Shown in pieces: positions 26,660 through 40,445 of a stretch of DNA of 64,000 bases (positions are counted from its first letter, which is position 1; every line of letters starts with the position of its first letter). The DNA lies in contig CM075997.1 in assembly GCA_038087875.1 (NCBI GenBank), forward strand, positions 7,938,001 through 8,002,000. Reading direction: 5' to 3'. A program made the position numbers and the translations under genes. The DNA is from Malacoraja senta (taxonomy: Eukaryota). Under the pieces are notes generated by a model, which ran no database searches, was not told the origin of the DNA, and saw only the letters and a program-made list of their open reading frames with translations.

Positions 26660-28540
26660 ACCGATGACAAATTTGCTGGAGTTCTTTGAAGAAGTAAATA
26701 GCAGGACAGACGAAGGAGAGTCAGTAGCTGTTATTTCGATTTTCAGAAAGCCTTTGATAAGGTGCCACACGTTAGGCTGCTTAGGTATCAAAGGGCGGAT
26801 ACTAGCATGGATAGCAGGTTGGCTGGATGGCAGAAGACAAAGAGTGTCAATAAAGGGGGCATTTTCTGATTGGCTACAAGTTCCAGGCTCCAGGAATCGG
26901 AGGTGCCAAGTATCTCGGGAGTTAACCTGCAAGTCGAATCTGCAAGTTATTCTGCAATTTGAATCGGTAGTAAAGAAAGCAAATTCAATTTATTTCAAGA
27001 GGGCTTGTGTTCAAAAACAGGGATGTAATGTTGAGGCTCTTAAATGGCGCTGGTAAAGTCACATTTGGAATATTGTGAACAATTTTGGGCACCATATCTG
27101 AGGAAGGATGTGCTGGCTCAGGAGAGGGTCCAGAGGACGTTGACAAGATTGATCCCAGGAATGAGTAGGTTAACCGTTGATGAACGTCAGTCAGCACTGG
27201 GCCCGTATTCACTGGAGTTCATAGCAAAAAGATTTGAGTATAGGAGCAGGGAGGTTCTACTGCAGTTGCACAGGGCCTTGGTGAGACCACACCTAGAGTA
27301 TTGCGTACAGTTTTGGTCTCCTAATCTGAGGAAATACATTCTTGCCATTGAGGGAGTACAGAGAAGGTTCTCCAGACTGATTCCTGGGATGGCAGGACTT
27401 TCATATGAAAAAAGACTGGATAGACTCGGCTTGTGCTCGCTGGAATTTAGAAGATTGAGGGGGGATCTTATAGAAACTTACAAAATCTTAAGGGGTTGGA
27501 CAGGCTAGATGCAAGAAGATTGTTCCCGATGTTGGGGAAGTCCAAAACAAAGGGTCACAGTTTAAGGATAAGTGGGAAGTCTTTTAGGAACGAGATGAGA
27601 AAAAGAAAATTCACACAGAGAGTTGTGAATCTGTGGAATTCTCAGCACAGAAAGTAGTTGAGGCCAGTTCATTGGCTATATTTAAGCGGGAGTTAGATGT
27701 GGCCCTTGTAGCTAAAGGGATCAGGAGGTATGGAGAGAAGGCAGGTACACGATACTGAGTCGGATGATCAGCCATGATCACATTGAATGGCGGTGCTGGC
27801 TTGAAGGGCCGAATTGCCTACTCCTGCACCTATTTTCTATGTTTCTATGTTTAGAAGAATGAGGGGGACCTCTTTGAAACGTATTTTTAAAGAGGAGATT
27901 GATAGATTCCTGATGAGGAAGGCGTCAAAGGTAATGGGGAGAAGGGAGCAGAATGGGGCTGAGGTGGAAAATTAGATCAGCCACTATTTGAATGGCGGAG
28001 TTGATTTGATGGTCTAATCATGAATTTGCGGGGGCAGTAGATGAGTCAGAAGATGTTCCTCCCACAGACTTCCAGAAAATTCCACGTTAGAGATGGTGAA
28101 CAAAAATGAGAGCTGGAGATGGATTAGAAGGTATTAGCTGTCGAGAGAGACTGGACAAACTTTGATTGTTTTATTCGGTGTGTACTGTACTCAGGCTTGG
28201 ATAGAGTGGATGTGGAGAGGATGTTTCCACTTGTGGGAGAGTCTAGGACTAGAGCCTCACAATTAAATGATGATCTTTTTGGAAGGAGATGAGGAGAAAT
28301 GTATTTAGTTAGAGGGTGGGGAATTTGTGGAATTCTTGGCCACAGAATGGTGTGGACCCCAATTCAGTGGATATTTTTAATGCAGAGCTAGATAGATTCT
28401 TGATTAGTACAGGTGTCAGAGGTTATGGGGAGAAGGCAGGAGAATGGGGTTAGGAGGGAGAGATTGATCAGCCATGATTGAATGGCGGAGTAGTCTTGAT
28501 AGGCAGAATGGCCTAATTATATTCCTACTCCTTGGGACAT
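26660..28540 (+). mobile_element. Degraded CR1 with nested younger CR1 (about 27218-27850) and an inverted templated insert
   Basis: RT fragments; HLEYC segment occurs twice in ORF 27044-27508. Confidence 0.8.
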
Positions 28541-28659
28541 TTTGTGGCCCCTTTTGGCCCTTATAATTGCTAGCTTAAGTTCCTTGCTACTTGCTTTATA
28601 TTTCTCACAAGCTCCGTCTGATGCCACCTGATTAAACATGACGTACACTTTCTTTCACA

Positions 28660-29077
28660 TTTCAAGATCCTCCTCTATGTCTACAAAGCCCTCAATGGGC
28701 TTGCCCCCACCTACATCAAAAGTCTTCTTACCCACTACTCCACCTCCAGGTCCCTCAGATCTGCCGACTTGGGGTTGCTGAATATCCCGCGGTCTAGGCA
28801 TAAGCTCAGGGGCGACCGCGCCTTTGCAGTTGCAGCTCCTACACTGTGGAACAGCATCCCCCTTCCCATCAGAACTGCCACCTCCATCGACTCCTTTAAG
28901 TCAAGACTAAAAACTGATCTATACTACCAAGCCTTTCTTGACGTCCTCTGAGCGAGGGCTATATGTATATATGTATGTAGTTTGTTTGTTTATATTATTC
29001 TTATAACAAATGTAAAGCACTTTGGCCAACGAGAGTTGTTTTTTAAATGTGCTATATAAATAAATGTGACTTGACTT
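28660..29077 (+). mobile_element. L2 LINE 3' fragment
   Basis: Near-identical to 25440-25860. Confidence 0.9.
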
Positions 29078-30497
29078 TTCTTCTTGACCAAGTCTACAAT
29101 CTCCTTTGTCTTCCACAGTTCCCTTACCCTGCCGTCCTTATCCCTCCTCCTCACTGGAACAGGCTGGCCCTGCACTTTGTTCAGCTGGCCTTTAACCAAT
29201 TCACATGTCACCTGCAGAATTAACCAATAACAAATGCTCCCAATCTACCTTCCTTCGCTCCTGCCTAATGACATTGTAATTCCCCAATATCCAGACCTGT
29301 CCTTATTCAAAATAATCTTTATACTTATGTGATTGCAATAACAAACTCTAAATTCTTCTTCCACCACAACCAGTTACCTGGCGAAGCTTGTTTCCCAATT
29401 CAAGGTCCAGTGTGGTCTCTACCGAAGATAACACTAAATGCTGGAGTAACTCAGTGGGACAGGCAACATCTCTGGAAGGAATGAATGGGTAATGTTATAG
29501 GTCGAGACCCTTCTTCAGACAGTCTGAATTACTCCAGCATTTTGAGTCTATCCGGTTTAAATCAGCATCTGCAGTTCCTTCCTACCAGTATGGTCTCTGT
29601 TTGAGTGAGACTATCCACATACTGTTTAAGGAAATCTTCTTGGATACATTTAACAAATTCTACCCCATCTAATTCTCTTGCGCTGAAAAAGTCCCAGTCA
29701 ATATTGGGGAAGTTAAAGTCATCCACGACAACAACTCTGTGGTTCTTGCATCCTTCCATAATCTATCTACATACAGTATCTGATCCTCCTTCTCCCGCTT
29801 GCTACAGGCTGGCCTATAATATAATAATATAATATAATCCCATGAGAGTGATTGCTCCTTTCTTATTTTTATTTTATTTTTGCTCCTGTCTTATTTTTAT
29901 TTTTATTATTTTTAAGCTCATCCCATAATGTCTCAGTAGACGTGTCCTCCAGTCTGTCCTCTCTGAGCGACATTCTCCCTGATTATTAAAGGATCACCTC
30001 CACCTCTTTCACCCCCTCTCTATCTCATCTGAAAGAAATCGAAACTCAGGCACGTTGAGCTTACAGTCGCCTCCTTCTCGTCACCAAGTTTCCGTAATTG
30101 CCACACCATCATATATCGAAACACAGATCCAGGCTCTCAGTCACCAGCTTTACCCACAATATTCCTTGCATTTAAATAAATGCACTTAAGCCCTTCAATA
30201 ATGAAGGGCTTAAGTGCGTTTATTTCAATGCATGGAACACCATATATAACCCCATATTCATGAACCCCTCCCTGCCTGTGCTTCCTTTGAGACTGATTTG
30301 TCAAAAACTCCACTTTCACATCAGCTCTTCCGTTTGCAGACCTGCTGCTCTGGGTCCCACCCTCCTGCCATCTAATTTCTCTCTCAAGTAGCACGAGCAA
30401 ACCTCCCTGCAAGATGTCGGTTCCCCTCCAGTTCAGATGCAACTCATCCCCCATGTACAGGCCACATCTGTCCCAGAAGAGATCCCAATGGGCTAGA

Positions 30498-33322
30498 ATG
30501 ACTATGATATAGTTGGGATCACAGAGCCATGGCTCCAGGGTGACCAAGGTGGGAGCTGAACATCCAGGGATATTCAATATTCAGGAGGGATCGACAGAAA
30601 GGAAAAGGAGGTGGGCTAGCGTTGCAGGTTAGAGAGGAGATTAACGCAAAAGAAAGGAAGGACATTAGCTTGGAGGATGTGGAATCGATATGGGTAGAGC
30701 TGCGAAACACTAAGGGGCAGAAAACGCTAGTGGGAGTTGTGTACAAGCCACCTAACAGTAGTAGTGGAGATGGGGATGGCATCAAACAGGAAATTAGAAA
30801 TGCGTGCAACAAAGGTAAAACAGTTATAATGGGTGACTTCAATATACATATAGATTGGATGAATCAAATTGGCAGGGGTGCCGAGGAAGAGGATTTCTTG
30901 GAATGTATGTGGGATAGTTTTCTAAATCAACATATAGAGGAACCAACGAGAGAGCAGGCTATTCTAGACTGGGTATTGAGTAATGAGGAAGGGTTAGTTA
31001 GCAGTCTTATTGTGCGTGGCCCCTTGGGCAAGAGTGACGATAATATGGTTGAGTTCTTCATTAGGATGGAGAGTGACATAATTAATTCAGAAACAAGGGT
31101 TCCAAACTTAAAGAAAGGTAACTTTGAGGGTATGAGACGTGAATTGGCCAAGATAGACTGGCAATTGATTCTTAAAGGGTTGATGGTGGATATGCAATGG
31201 AAGGCATTTAAAGGCTGCACGGATGAACTACAACAATTGTTCATCCCAGTTTGGCAAAAGAATAAATCAGGGAACGTAGTGCATCCGTGGATAACAAGGG
31301 AAATCAGGGATAGTATCAAAACAAAAGATGAAGCATACAATTTAGCCAGAAAAAGCAGCCTAGCAGAGGACTGAGAGAAATTCAGAGTCCAGCAGAGGAG
31401 GACAAAGGGTTTAATTAGGAAAGGGAAAATAGATTATGAAAGAAAACTGGCAGGGAACATAAAAACTGACTGCAAATGTTTTTATAGATATGTGAAGAGA
31501 AAAAGATTAATTAAAACAAATGTAGGTCCCTTGCAGTCAGAAACAGGTGAATTGATCATGGGGAACAAGGACATGGCAGATCAATTGAATAACTACTTTG
31601 GTTCTGTCTTCACTAAGGAAGACTTAATTAATCTGCCAGAAATAGCAGCGGACCGGGGGTCAAATGAGATGGAGGAACTGAGTGAAATCCAGGTTAGCCG
31701 GGAATTCGTGTTAGGTAAATTGAATGGATTAAAGGCCGATAAATCCCCAGGGCCAGATAGGTTGCATCCCAGAGTACTTAAGGAAGTAGCCCTAGAAATA
31801 GTGGATGCATTAGTGATAACTTTTCAAAACACTTTAGATTCTGGAGTAGTTCCTGAGGATTGGAGGGTAGCTAATTTAACCCCACTTTTTAAAAAGGGAG
31901 GGAGAGAGAAAACGGGGAATTACAGACCAGTTAGTCTAACATCGGTAGTGGGGAAACTGCTAGAGTCAGTTATTAAAGATGGGTTAGCAGCACATTTGGA
32001 AAATGGTGAAATCATTGGACAAAGTCAGCATGGATTTATGAAAGGTAAATCATGTCGGACGAATCTTATAGAATTTTTCGAGGAAGTAACTAGTAGAGTC
32101 TATAAGGGAGAACCAGTGGATGTGTTATATCTGGACTTTCAGAAGGCTTTCGACAAGGTCCCACATAAGAGATTAGTATACAAACTTAAAGCACACGGTA
32201 TTGGGGGTTCAGTATTGATGTGGATAGAGAACTGGCTGGCAGACAGGAAGCAAAGAGTAGGAGTAAACGGGTCAATTTGAGAATGGCAGGCAGTGACTAG
32301 TGGGGTACCGCAAGGCTCAGTGCTGGGACCCCAGCTATTTACAATATATATTAATGATTTGGACGAGGGAATTGAAGGCAACATCTCCAGGTTTGCGGAT
32401 GACACAAAGCTGGGGGGCAGTGTTAGCTGTGAGGAGGGTGCTAGGAGGCTGCAAGATGACTGGGATAGGCTGGGTGAGTGGGCAAATGCATGGCAGATGC
32501 AGTATAATGTGGATAAATGTGAGGTTATCCACTTTGGTGGCAAAAACAGGAAAGTAGACTATTACCTGAATGGTGGCCGATTAGGAAAAGGGGAGATGCA
32601 ACGAGACTTGTGTGTCATGGTACACCAGTCATTGAAAGTAGGCATGCAGGTGCAGCAGGCAGTGAAGAAAGCGAATGGTATGTTAGCATCCATAGCAAAA
32701 GGATTTGAGTATAGAAGCAGGGAGGTTCTACTGCAGTTGTACAGGGTCTTGGTGAGACCACACCTGGAGTATTGTGTAGTTTTGGGCTCTTAATCTGAGG
32801 AAGGACATTCTTGCCATAGAGGGAGTACAGAGAAGGTTCACCAGACTGATTCCTGGGATGTCAGGACTTTCATATGAAGAAAGACTGGATAGATTTGGCT
32901 TGTACTCGCTAGAATTTAGAAGATTGAGGGGGGATCTTATAGAAACTTACAAAATTCTTAAGGGGTTGGACAGGCTAGATACAGGAAGATTGTTCCCGAT
33001 GTTGGGGAAGTCCAGAACAAGGGGTCACAGTTTAAGGATAAAGGGGAAATCTTTTAGGACTGAGATGAGAAAAACATTTTTTACACAGAGAGTGGTGAAT
33101 CTCTGGAATTCTCTGCCACAGAATGTAGTTGAGGCCCGTTCATTGGCTATATTTAAGAGGGAGTTAGATGTGGCCCTTGTGGCTAAAGGGATCAGGGGGT
33201 ATGGAGAGAAAGCAGGTACGGGATACTGAGTTGGATGATCAGCCATGATCATATTGAATGGCGGTGCAGGCTCGAAGGGCCGAATGGCCTACTCCTGCAC
33301 CTATTTTCTATGTTTCTATGTT
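30498..33322 (+). mobile_element. Young 5'-truncated CR1 LINE (endonuclease and RT, a few stops)
   Basis: ORFs 30622-31374, 31492-32280, 32293-32793, 32858-33229; (TTTCTATG)n tail. Confidence 0.95.
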
Positions 33323-34014
33323 TTCTAAATCTGAATTCCCTGTGCACTGCACCAACTCCTCAGCCACACACACATTAATCTGACCAAACCCCTATTGCTA
33401 CCCTCACAAGCACATGGCACGAGCAGTAATGCAGAGATCACCACTTGAGGTTCTGCATTTTAACCCATTGTCAAACTCCCGATATTCACTTCGCAGGACC
33501 TCATCCCTTTTCCAACCCATGTCATTTGTGCCAATGTACATAATGACTTTTGTCTGTACAAGATCCCTGTTGAGAATATTTTGCAGCCTTGATATTCCTC
33601 AAATGTTTTGTTTGTTCCATCCTAACTGCCCAAATTTACAACATCTTTGGTCATCCAAGGTTACATTTACCATCCTTACCCCTCCTTACTGGAATCTGCC
33701 CATCCTGAACTCAGATCAAGTTCCATTCATGCAATTAACTTAATGGCGGTGAGATAGTGGAGGTGACTTTTATCAAAACATTAAGACACAATGACACAGA
33801 TAAATGAATCAATTGTAAAAAAAGTCCCATCTGAAATGCTAACTCAGTCCTTCCTTCCAATGATGCTGCCTGACCTGCTGAGATTGTCCTGCCGTGTGAT
33901 TTCACCTCACAGTCCCTTTGCCTTTTGAGATTTGCTCATTGAAACAGCAACATGATTCCTGTTGGTTTTGAAACCACCTCTGTAAATGACCATGCCTGAG
34001 AACGTTGCTCCTAC

Positions 34015-34111
34015 CTTTGGTCCCAGTAGCCCAGGTTCCTCGGTGAGGATGGCGCTCAGCTCCTTCACTGCACTCCTCAGAAAGTGACGCCTCTCTCGGT
34101 GCACGGATCCA
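34015..34111 (-). CDS. NCKAP1L: NCKAP1L coding exon, approx. exon 11 (97 nt)
   Basis: cag/...gtagga; GSVHRERRHFLRSAVKELSAILTEEPGLLGPK. Confidence 0.95.
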
Positions 34112-34403
34112 CTGAATGTAAACACAAGCCAGTGTCAACTCAGCCGCCTGATTCTGCTTCAGAATACATGACCAGGCTAAATGCAACTGGCAGATCTAAA
34201 CCGAGGGACAGATTAGGACCGGGGGAGCAGATCTGGAATAGGGAACAGATCCGGACCTGAGTGGGGTGGCGTGGCGGGGGGGATAAGATCCGGACTGGGT
34301 GGCAGTCCCAGACCGAGGCAGGTCCGTCCCACGCTTGGATGAACACGTTCACAAGCCCTAACGGAGTTCACCCACAGAGATGAAGTTATTCAGAGACTCC
34401 CTG

Positions 34404-34428
34404 CACACACACACACACACACACACAC
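34404..34428. repeat. (CA)n microsatellite
   Basis: Direct observation. Confidence 0.95.
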
Positions 34429-34695
34429 AAACACTGACCCCTGACCCCCCCCCTCACAATGGCCCTCCCACCCTGGCCTCCCCAAACTACCCCCCCCCAA
34501 ACTAACCACCACACTGATCCCCTACACATTGAGTCCCCCCCCCCCCTCACTGACCCCTGACGAATCCCTACACACTGACACCACGAATGCACTGACTATT
34601 CCCCACACACTGACCCCTCTCCCCCACAGACTGACCACACCATGCACTGACCACCACTGCCCTCCTCACAGCCCCAACCCATTGCTGGTTGTTAC

Positions 34696-34752
34696 CTGTT
34701 GGATGTGGCGTTCTCCCGGCATTCTTTAACGTCATTAATCCGCTTATTGTAC
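34696..34752 (-). CDS. NCKAP1L: NCKAP1L coding exon, approx. exon 10 (57 nt)
   Basis: ttttgcag/...gtaaca; YNKRINDVKECRENATSN. Confidence 0.93.
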
Positions 34753-36064
34753 CTGCAAAACCAAGGGTTTACGATTAGCACTGGGACCACAGAGAGTACA
34801 AGGCAAGCTTCAATCACTTCCACCGTGGATCTGAGAGGGAGCAGGAGAGATGCAGACAACAAGGGACACACGGAGAAAACAGAGAAGTCCACTAGTGATA
34901 AAATAATATGGCAATAACATTCATTAAACACCATGGTGACTCCCTATTCCTGAATTTACACCACACTCATTGGGCTGCATTACAATGAGGTTGGTGGCAG
35001 CATGCAGAATACCTTTCTTGAGGTGATGAAGATGACTAGCGAGGGCAGGGTGGAGACATTGGCTAAATGGACTTTAACAAAGGTTTGACAAGCACCCACT
35101 GGGCAGCCTGGGACAGGTGGTGAGATATCTGATTAAACACAAACCTAGCTCGGTGGAACATGTGAGAGGGTGGAGCCTTAACATCTGTGACCAGTGGTGC
35201 GCTCTGGGGGACATTGCCCAGTCTGAAGAAGGATCCCAACCCAAACGTCACCTGTCCATGTTCTCCCGAGATGCCGTCTGACCCATGGAGTTTCTCCAGC
35301 ATTTTCTGTGATTTTGCTGTTCCCAGTGTTGTTCATCTTTTATATTTAAGATTTGGATGAGAATATAGTTGACATGGATAGTAAGTTTGTGGATGACACC
35401 ACAATTGGTGATGTAGTGGACATGGAAAAGTACAGCGCAGGAACAGGCTCTCAGGCACACGATGTCCTTGCCGAACATGATGCTTTTAAACTAATCTCCT
35501 CTGCCTGCACGTGATCCATATGCACGTGATTCCCTGTATATCCATGTGCCTATCTAAATGCCTCTTAAACACCACTATCATATCTGCCTCCACCACCAGC
35601 CCTAGCAGTGCCTTTGAGACACCACAACCCTCTGCATGAAACATCACAATCTTATCTATCAGAAGATGCCACAAACTCCCCCTCCTGCAACGCAATATTC
35701 CATTACTAACCTGGAGTAGACACGAGGCATCGAGCTGAATGGGTGCAGAACAAATGGCCGCCTGATCCCGCCAGGGCCCACTGCGCACGCGCGGAGAGGC
35801 GGCGTCATTTTGCGTCGTTTCCCCAACTGCGCAGGCGCGGATTATCGCATTGTCGTATTATCATTTCTCCCGAATCATTAATGGTAATTGATGAATTACA
35901 AATGGAATTGAACTCAGACAAGTGAGATGTCCTGCACTTTGTAAGTGGAACTAGGCAAGACTTGCTCATGAAATGGTGGATCCCTGGAGAGTGTTGTGGG
36001 ACAGAGAGAGCTGGGAGTACAGGGCCAGGCCAGGCCAGGAAAGCAGTGGTTCAGCTGGACAGAG

Positions 36065-36362
36065 TGGTGGGCCGCAAGATGGTGCAGCCGTGTTGTTGCC
36101 TTACAGCGCATCCCGACTCTGGGCGCTGTCTGCACGGAGTTTGTACGTTTACCCCGTGACCGCGTGGGTTTTCTCCGAGATCTTCAGTTTCCTCCCACAC
36201 TCCAAAGATGTACAGGTTTGTAGGTTAATTAGCTTGTGATAAATGTAAATTGTCCCAAGTGTGTGTAGGATAGTGTTAGTGTGCGGGGATCGCTGGTCGG
36301 TGCAGACTCGATGGGTCGAAGGGCCTGTTTCCACACTCGCTCGCCAAACTAAACTAAGCTAA
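36065..36362 (+). mobile_element. tRNA-derived SINE (elasmobranch HE1/V-SINE-like)
   Basis: A-box-like ggtgcagc, conserved core, (AAACT)n tail; other copies at about 50810-51080, 52457-52780, 63690-63915 and 19790-19930(-). Confidence 0.75.
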
Positions 36363-37495
36363 AGAAGGTTTTTGACACACTTGCCTTCTCTGGGAAGGGT
36401 ATTGAGTACAAAGGTTGGGACATCATGATGTAGCTGTGCTGGTTGTTGGTGAGACAACATGGAATATAGTTAGTAGTTCTGGTCATAGAGCTCGGAAACA
36501 GTGTTATCTAAGGTAGTCCCAAGCTGCCAGATAGTTGAGGCAATGTTTAATGATAGTTGTCCCAATGTTCAAGAAACAGTTAGACAGGTACATATGATAG
36601 GACAGGTTTGGGGGGATATGGATCAAGCACAGGCAGGTGGGACTAGTGCAGCTGTGGCATGTTGTGTGGGAAAGTTGGGCCGAAGGGTCTGTTTCCACAC
36701 TTTATCACTCTCTGACTCTATGTGGGGTATAAACAAAAGGTCAGAAAGTGTTGGGGTAACTCGGCAGGCCAGGCAGCATCTCTGGTGAACATGGATAGGT
36801 GACCTCCCCACCCTACAATCAGTCTGAACGACAGTCTTGACTCGAAATGTCACCTATATATGTTCTCTATAGATGCATCCTGATCTGCTGAGTTACTCCA
36901 GCACTTTGTGTCCCTTTGTGCATTGAGCTCCATCAGATATTCCTCAGCCAACTTGCCCACCCGATCAACAGTGTGCTGCAATTTTTGATAACCATGTTCA
37001 CATGCTATGATGCCACACACTTTAATATCGTAGAGTCATAGTCATACAACATGGAAACTTGCCATGCCGACCAATTTGCCCCATCAACACTAGTCCCACA
37101 TCTGCATTTGGCCCATATATGTCTTAAACATTGTGATAGTACTTGCCGCAACTACCTCCCCTGGCAGCCGATTCCGTATACCTACGACCCTTTGTGTAAA
37201 AATGTTGCCCCTCAGATTCCTATTAAATCTTTCCCCCTCCCTTAAACCTATGTTCTATGGTTCTTGATTCACATACTCTGGGTAAAAGACTTGTATATTA
37301 CCATATCTAATCCTCTCATGATCTCATACATCTGATCTGCAAACTTACTACTAACGCTTTGTACATTCTCATATGAATCGTAGATCTAAATAAACCACAA
37401 ACAGCAAAGGCCCCTGCACCAATCCCTGAGGCACAAGTATAGACATAGGCCTCCATTCCGATAACCACTCTTCCACCATCACCTCTGCTTCCTAT

Positions 37496-37900
37496 CAACT
37501 CCCCCTCCCATTCTGTATCTGACCTCTCTGTCCTGGGTCTCCTCCATGGCCACAGCGAGCAACACCGGAAATTGGAGGAAATGCACCTCATATTCCGCTT
37601 GGGCAGTCTACATCCTGGGGGCTTGAACATTGAATTCTCCAAATTCTGCTAGCCCTTGCTGTACCCTCCCCTTCATCAGCCCTCTGGTTGTCTCCTCCCC
37701 TCCCCTAGCCCTCGGGCTCCTCCTCCGCCTTTTTTCCTTTTTTCCTTTCTTCTCCCCACCCCCTATCAGTCTGAAGAAGGGTTTCGGCCCGAAACGTTGC
37801 CTATTTCCTTCGCTCCATAGATGCTGCTGCACCCGCTGAGTTTCTCCAGCATTTTTGTGTACCTTCGATTTTCCAGCATCTGCAGTTCCTTCTTTAAAAC
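37496..37900 (+). mobile_element. Penelope-like element 3' fragment (end of GIY-YIG domain plus terminal repeat)
   Basis: Reads ...DLSVLGLLH...RKLEEMHLIFRLGSLHPGGLNIEF, typical of fish Penelope C-termini. Confidence 0.7.
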
Positions 37901-39014
37901 ATCAAGAACGATGTTGCTGTACTGAGGGATAGCCAAGTCTATCCCTCATTGCTAGCAGCTGATGGGAAGCGGCTGTAAAAGGACAGCGCTGCTAGGGGGG
38001 GTGGGGGAGAGGGGTGAGTTCCTTTCAGAGCGTGTGGGTAGTCTGTCCAGGGGTAAAGTTGTGGGGAGGTTGAGAAGGAGGGGGTCGGCCGGGGATCATC
38101 CAGCTCAAGAGCGGGTCAGCGGGCGATGGATAACAGGACAGCGGGCGATGGAGCTTACTCAATATGTCAGTGCGAGTAACCTCAATTGATCCCTTGTTCG
38201 CGCTGACACAGGAGTAAGCTCCACCGCCCGCTGTGAAGTTATCCATCACCCGCTGACCACTCTGCTCTATGATCTTTGCTCTTGAGCTGGTCCCCTCGCT
38301 GTTCAGACGGAGAGCACTGCCAGAGGTGAGCGGGCCGGCAGAACGTGCTGAGATGGCAGTCGGTTCCGCTGTCCGGTGATGGCGGCCGCTCGTAGCCACG
38401 CGAGCTGCTTCTCTCCCCGGCCACAATGCGGTGGCGCCCGGAGCGCCGTGGCAGCGGTGAGTGAGTGTTACTGGCATGAACACCGACCCCCCTCCTTCTC
38501 AACGCTCCTTCCCTCCTCGCAACTTTACCCCTGGCTAGACTCCCCACACGCTGTGAAAGGAACTCTCCCCCGAATTGTCATGTTACTCACGACACGCGAC
38601 TCATTTATAATTATTTATTTATATATCTACGAATTTTTTTCCCAATTGGGTCCCGCACCTCCTAAGGCCGGCCCTGGTCAGAGGTGGAGGGGAGACTTAA
38701 TAGAAGTATATAAAATTATGAGAGGGTGGACAATCATAACCGTATTCCCAAGTTAGAAATGACCAACACTAGACTGCATAGGTATAAGGTGAGAGGGGGA
38801 AATGTTTTTTTACACAGAGTAGTGGGGGCCTGGAACAAATTGCCTGGGGTTGTAGCGGAGGCAGATACGCAAGTGAATTTTAAGAGGCTTGTAGAGAGTC
38901 AAGAGTGTTTTATTGTCCTATGTCCCAGATGGAACAATGAAATTCTTACTTGCAGCAGCACAACAAAATATGTAAACACAGTAACAGACGAGAAAAAAAT
39001 CAGTGAGTGTATAT

Positions 39015-40445
39015 AGACATAGACATAGAAAATAGGTGCAGGACGAGGCCATTTGGCCCTTCAAGCCACCACTGCCATTCATTGTGATCATGGCTGATCA
39101 TCCACAATCAGTAACCCGTGCCTGCCTTCTTCCCATATCCCTTGATTCCGCTAGCCCCCAGAGCTCTATCTAACTTTCTTTTAAATTCATCCAGTGAATT
39201 GGCCTCTGCTGCCTTCTGTGGCAGAGAATTCCACAAATTCACAACTTTCTCGGTGAAAAAGATTTTGTCCCATCTTAGTTTTAAATGGCCTCTCCTTTAT
39301 TCGTAGACTGTGGCCCCTGGTTCTGGACTAGCCCAATATTTGGGAACATTTTTCTTGCATCCAGCTTGTCCACTCCTTTTATAATTTTATACGTTTCTAT
39401 AGGATACCCTCTCATCCTTCTAAATTCCAGTGAATACAAGCCCAGTCTTTCCAATCTTTCCTCATAAGACAGAACTGCCATCCCGGGGATTAACCTCGTG
39501 AACCTACGCTGAACTGCCTCAATAGCAAGGATGTCCTTCCTCAAATTTGGAGACCCAAAAAACTGCACACAATACTCCAGATGTGGTTTCACATGTGCCC
39601 TGTACAACTGCAAAAGGACCTCCTCACTCCTATACTCAAATCCTCTCATGATGAAGGCCAACATGCAAATAGCTTTCTTCACAGCCTGTTGTATATGCAT
39701 GTTTACTTTCATTGACTGATGTATGACACCCAGGTCTCGTTGCACTTCCATTTTTCCTAACCTGACACTTTACACAATAGACAATTGGTGCAGGAGTAGG
39801 CCATTCAGCCCTTCGAGCCAGCACTGCCATTCACTGTGATCATGGCTGATCATCCAAAATCAGTACCTGTTCCTGCCTTCTCCCCAAATCCCTTGACTCT
39901 TTGACAAAAAATGGTATATTTGACACCATTGAGATATAATCTTCCTCCTTGTTCTTCCCGCCAAAATGGACATCCTCACATTTATCTACATTATACTGCA
40001 TCTGTCATGCATCTGCCCTGTCACTCAATCTGTCCAAGTACCCTGCAACCTCCTTGCATCCTCTTCATAGTTCACACTCCCACCCAGCTTTGTGTCATCT
40101 GCAAATTCTTTAGTGTTAGTTTTAATCCCATCATCTAAATCATTAATATGAATTGTAAATAGTTGCGGCCTCAGCACTGAGCCTTGCGGCACTCCACTCG
40201 CCACTGCCTGCCATTCTGACAGGGACTGGTTTATTCCTATTCTTTGTTTCCTGTCTGCCAACCAATTCTCTATCCATGTCAATACACTACCCCCAATACC
40301 ATGTGCTCTAATTATGCCCACTAATCTCCTGTGAGGGACCTTATAAAAGGCTTTCTGAAAGTCCAGATGCACTACATCCACTGACTCTCCTTCATCCATT
40401 TTACTTGTTGCATCCTCAAAAAATTCAGGAAGATTAGTCAAGCAG
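39015..40445 (-). mobile_element. CR1 RT and 3' end with nested CR1 3' piece
   Basis: ORFs 39281-39751 and 40025-40441. Confidence 0.85.

Larger units (their letters stand above)
28545..33590 (-). mobile_element. Old CR1 (esterase ORF1 and endonuclease remnants) broken by later insertions
   Basis: HWDLFWDR...DELHLN, LKCIYLNARN, VVDDFNFPNIDW; ORF1 remnant resumes at about 33325. Confidence 0.7.
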
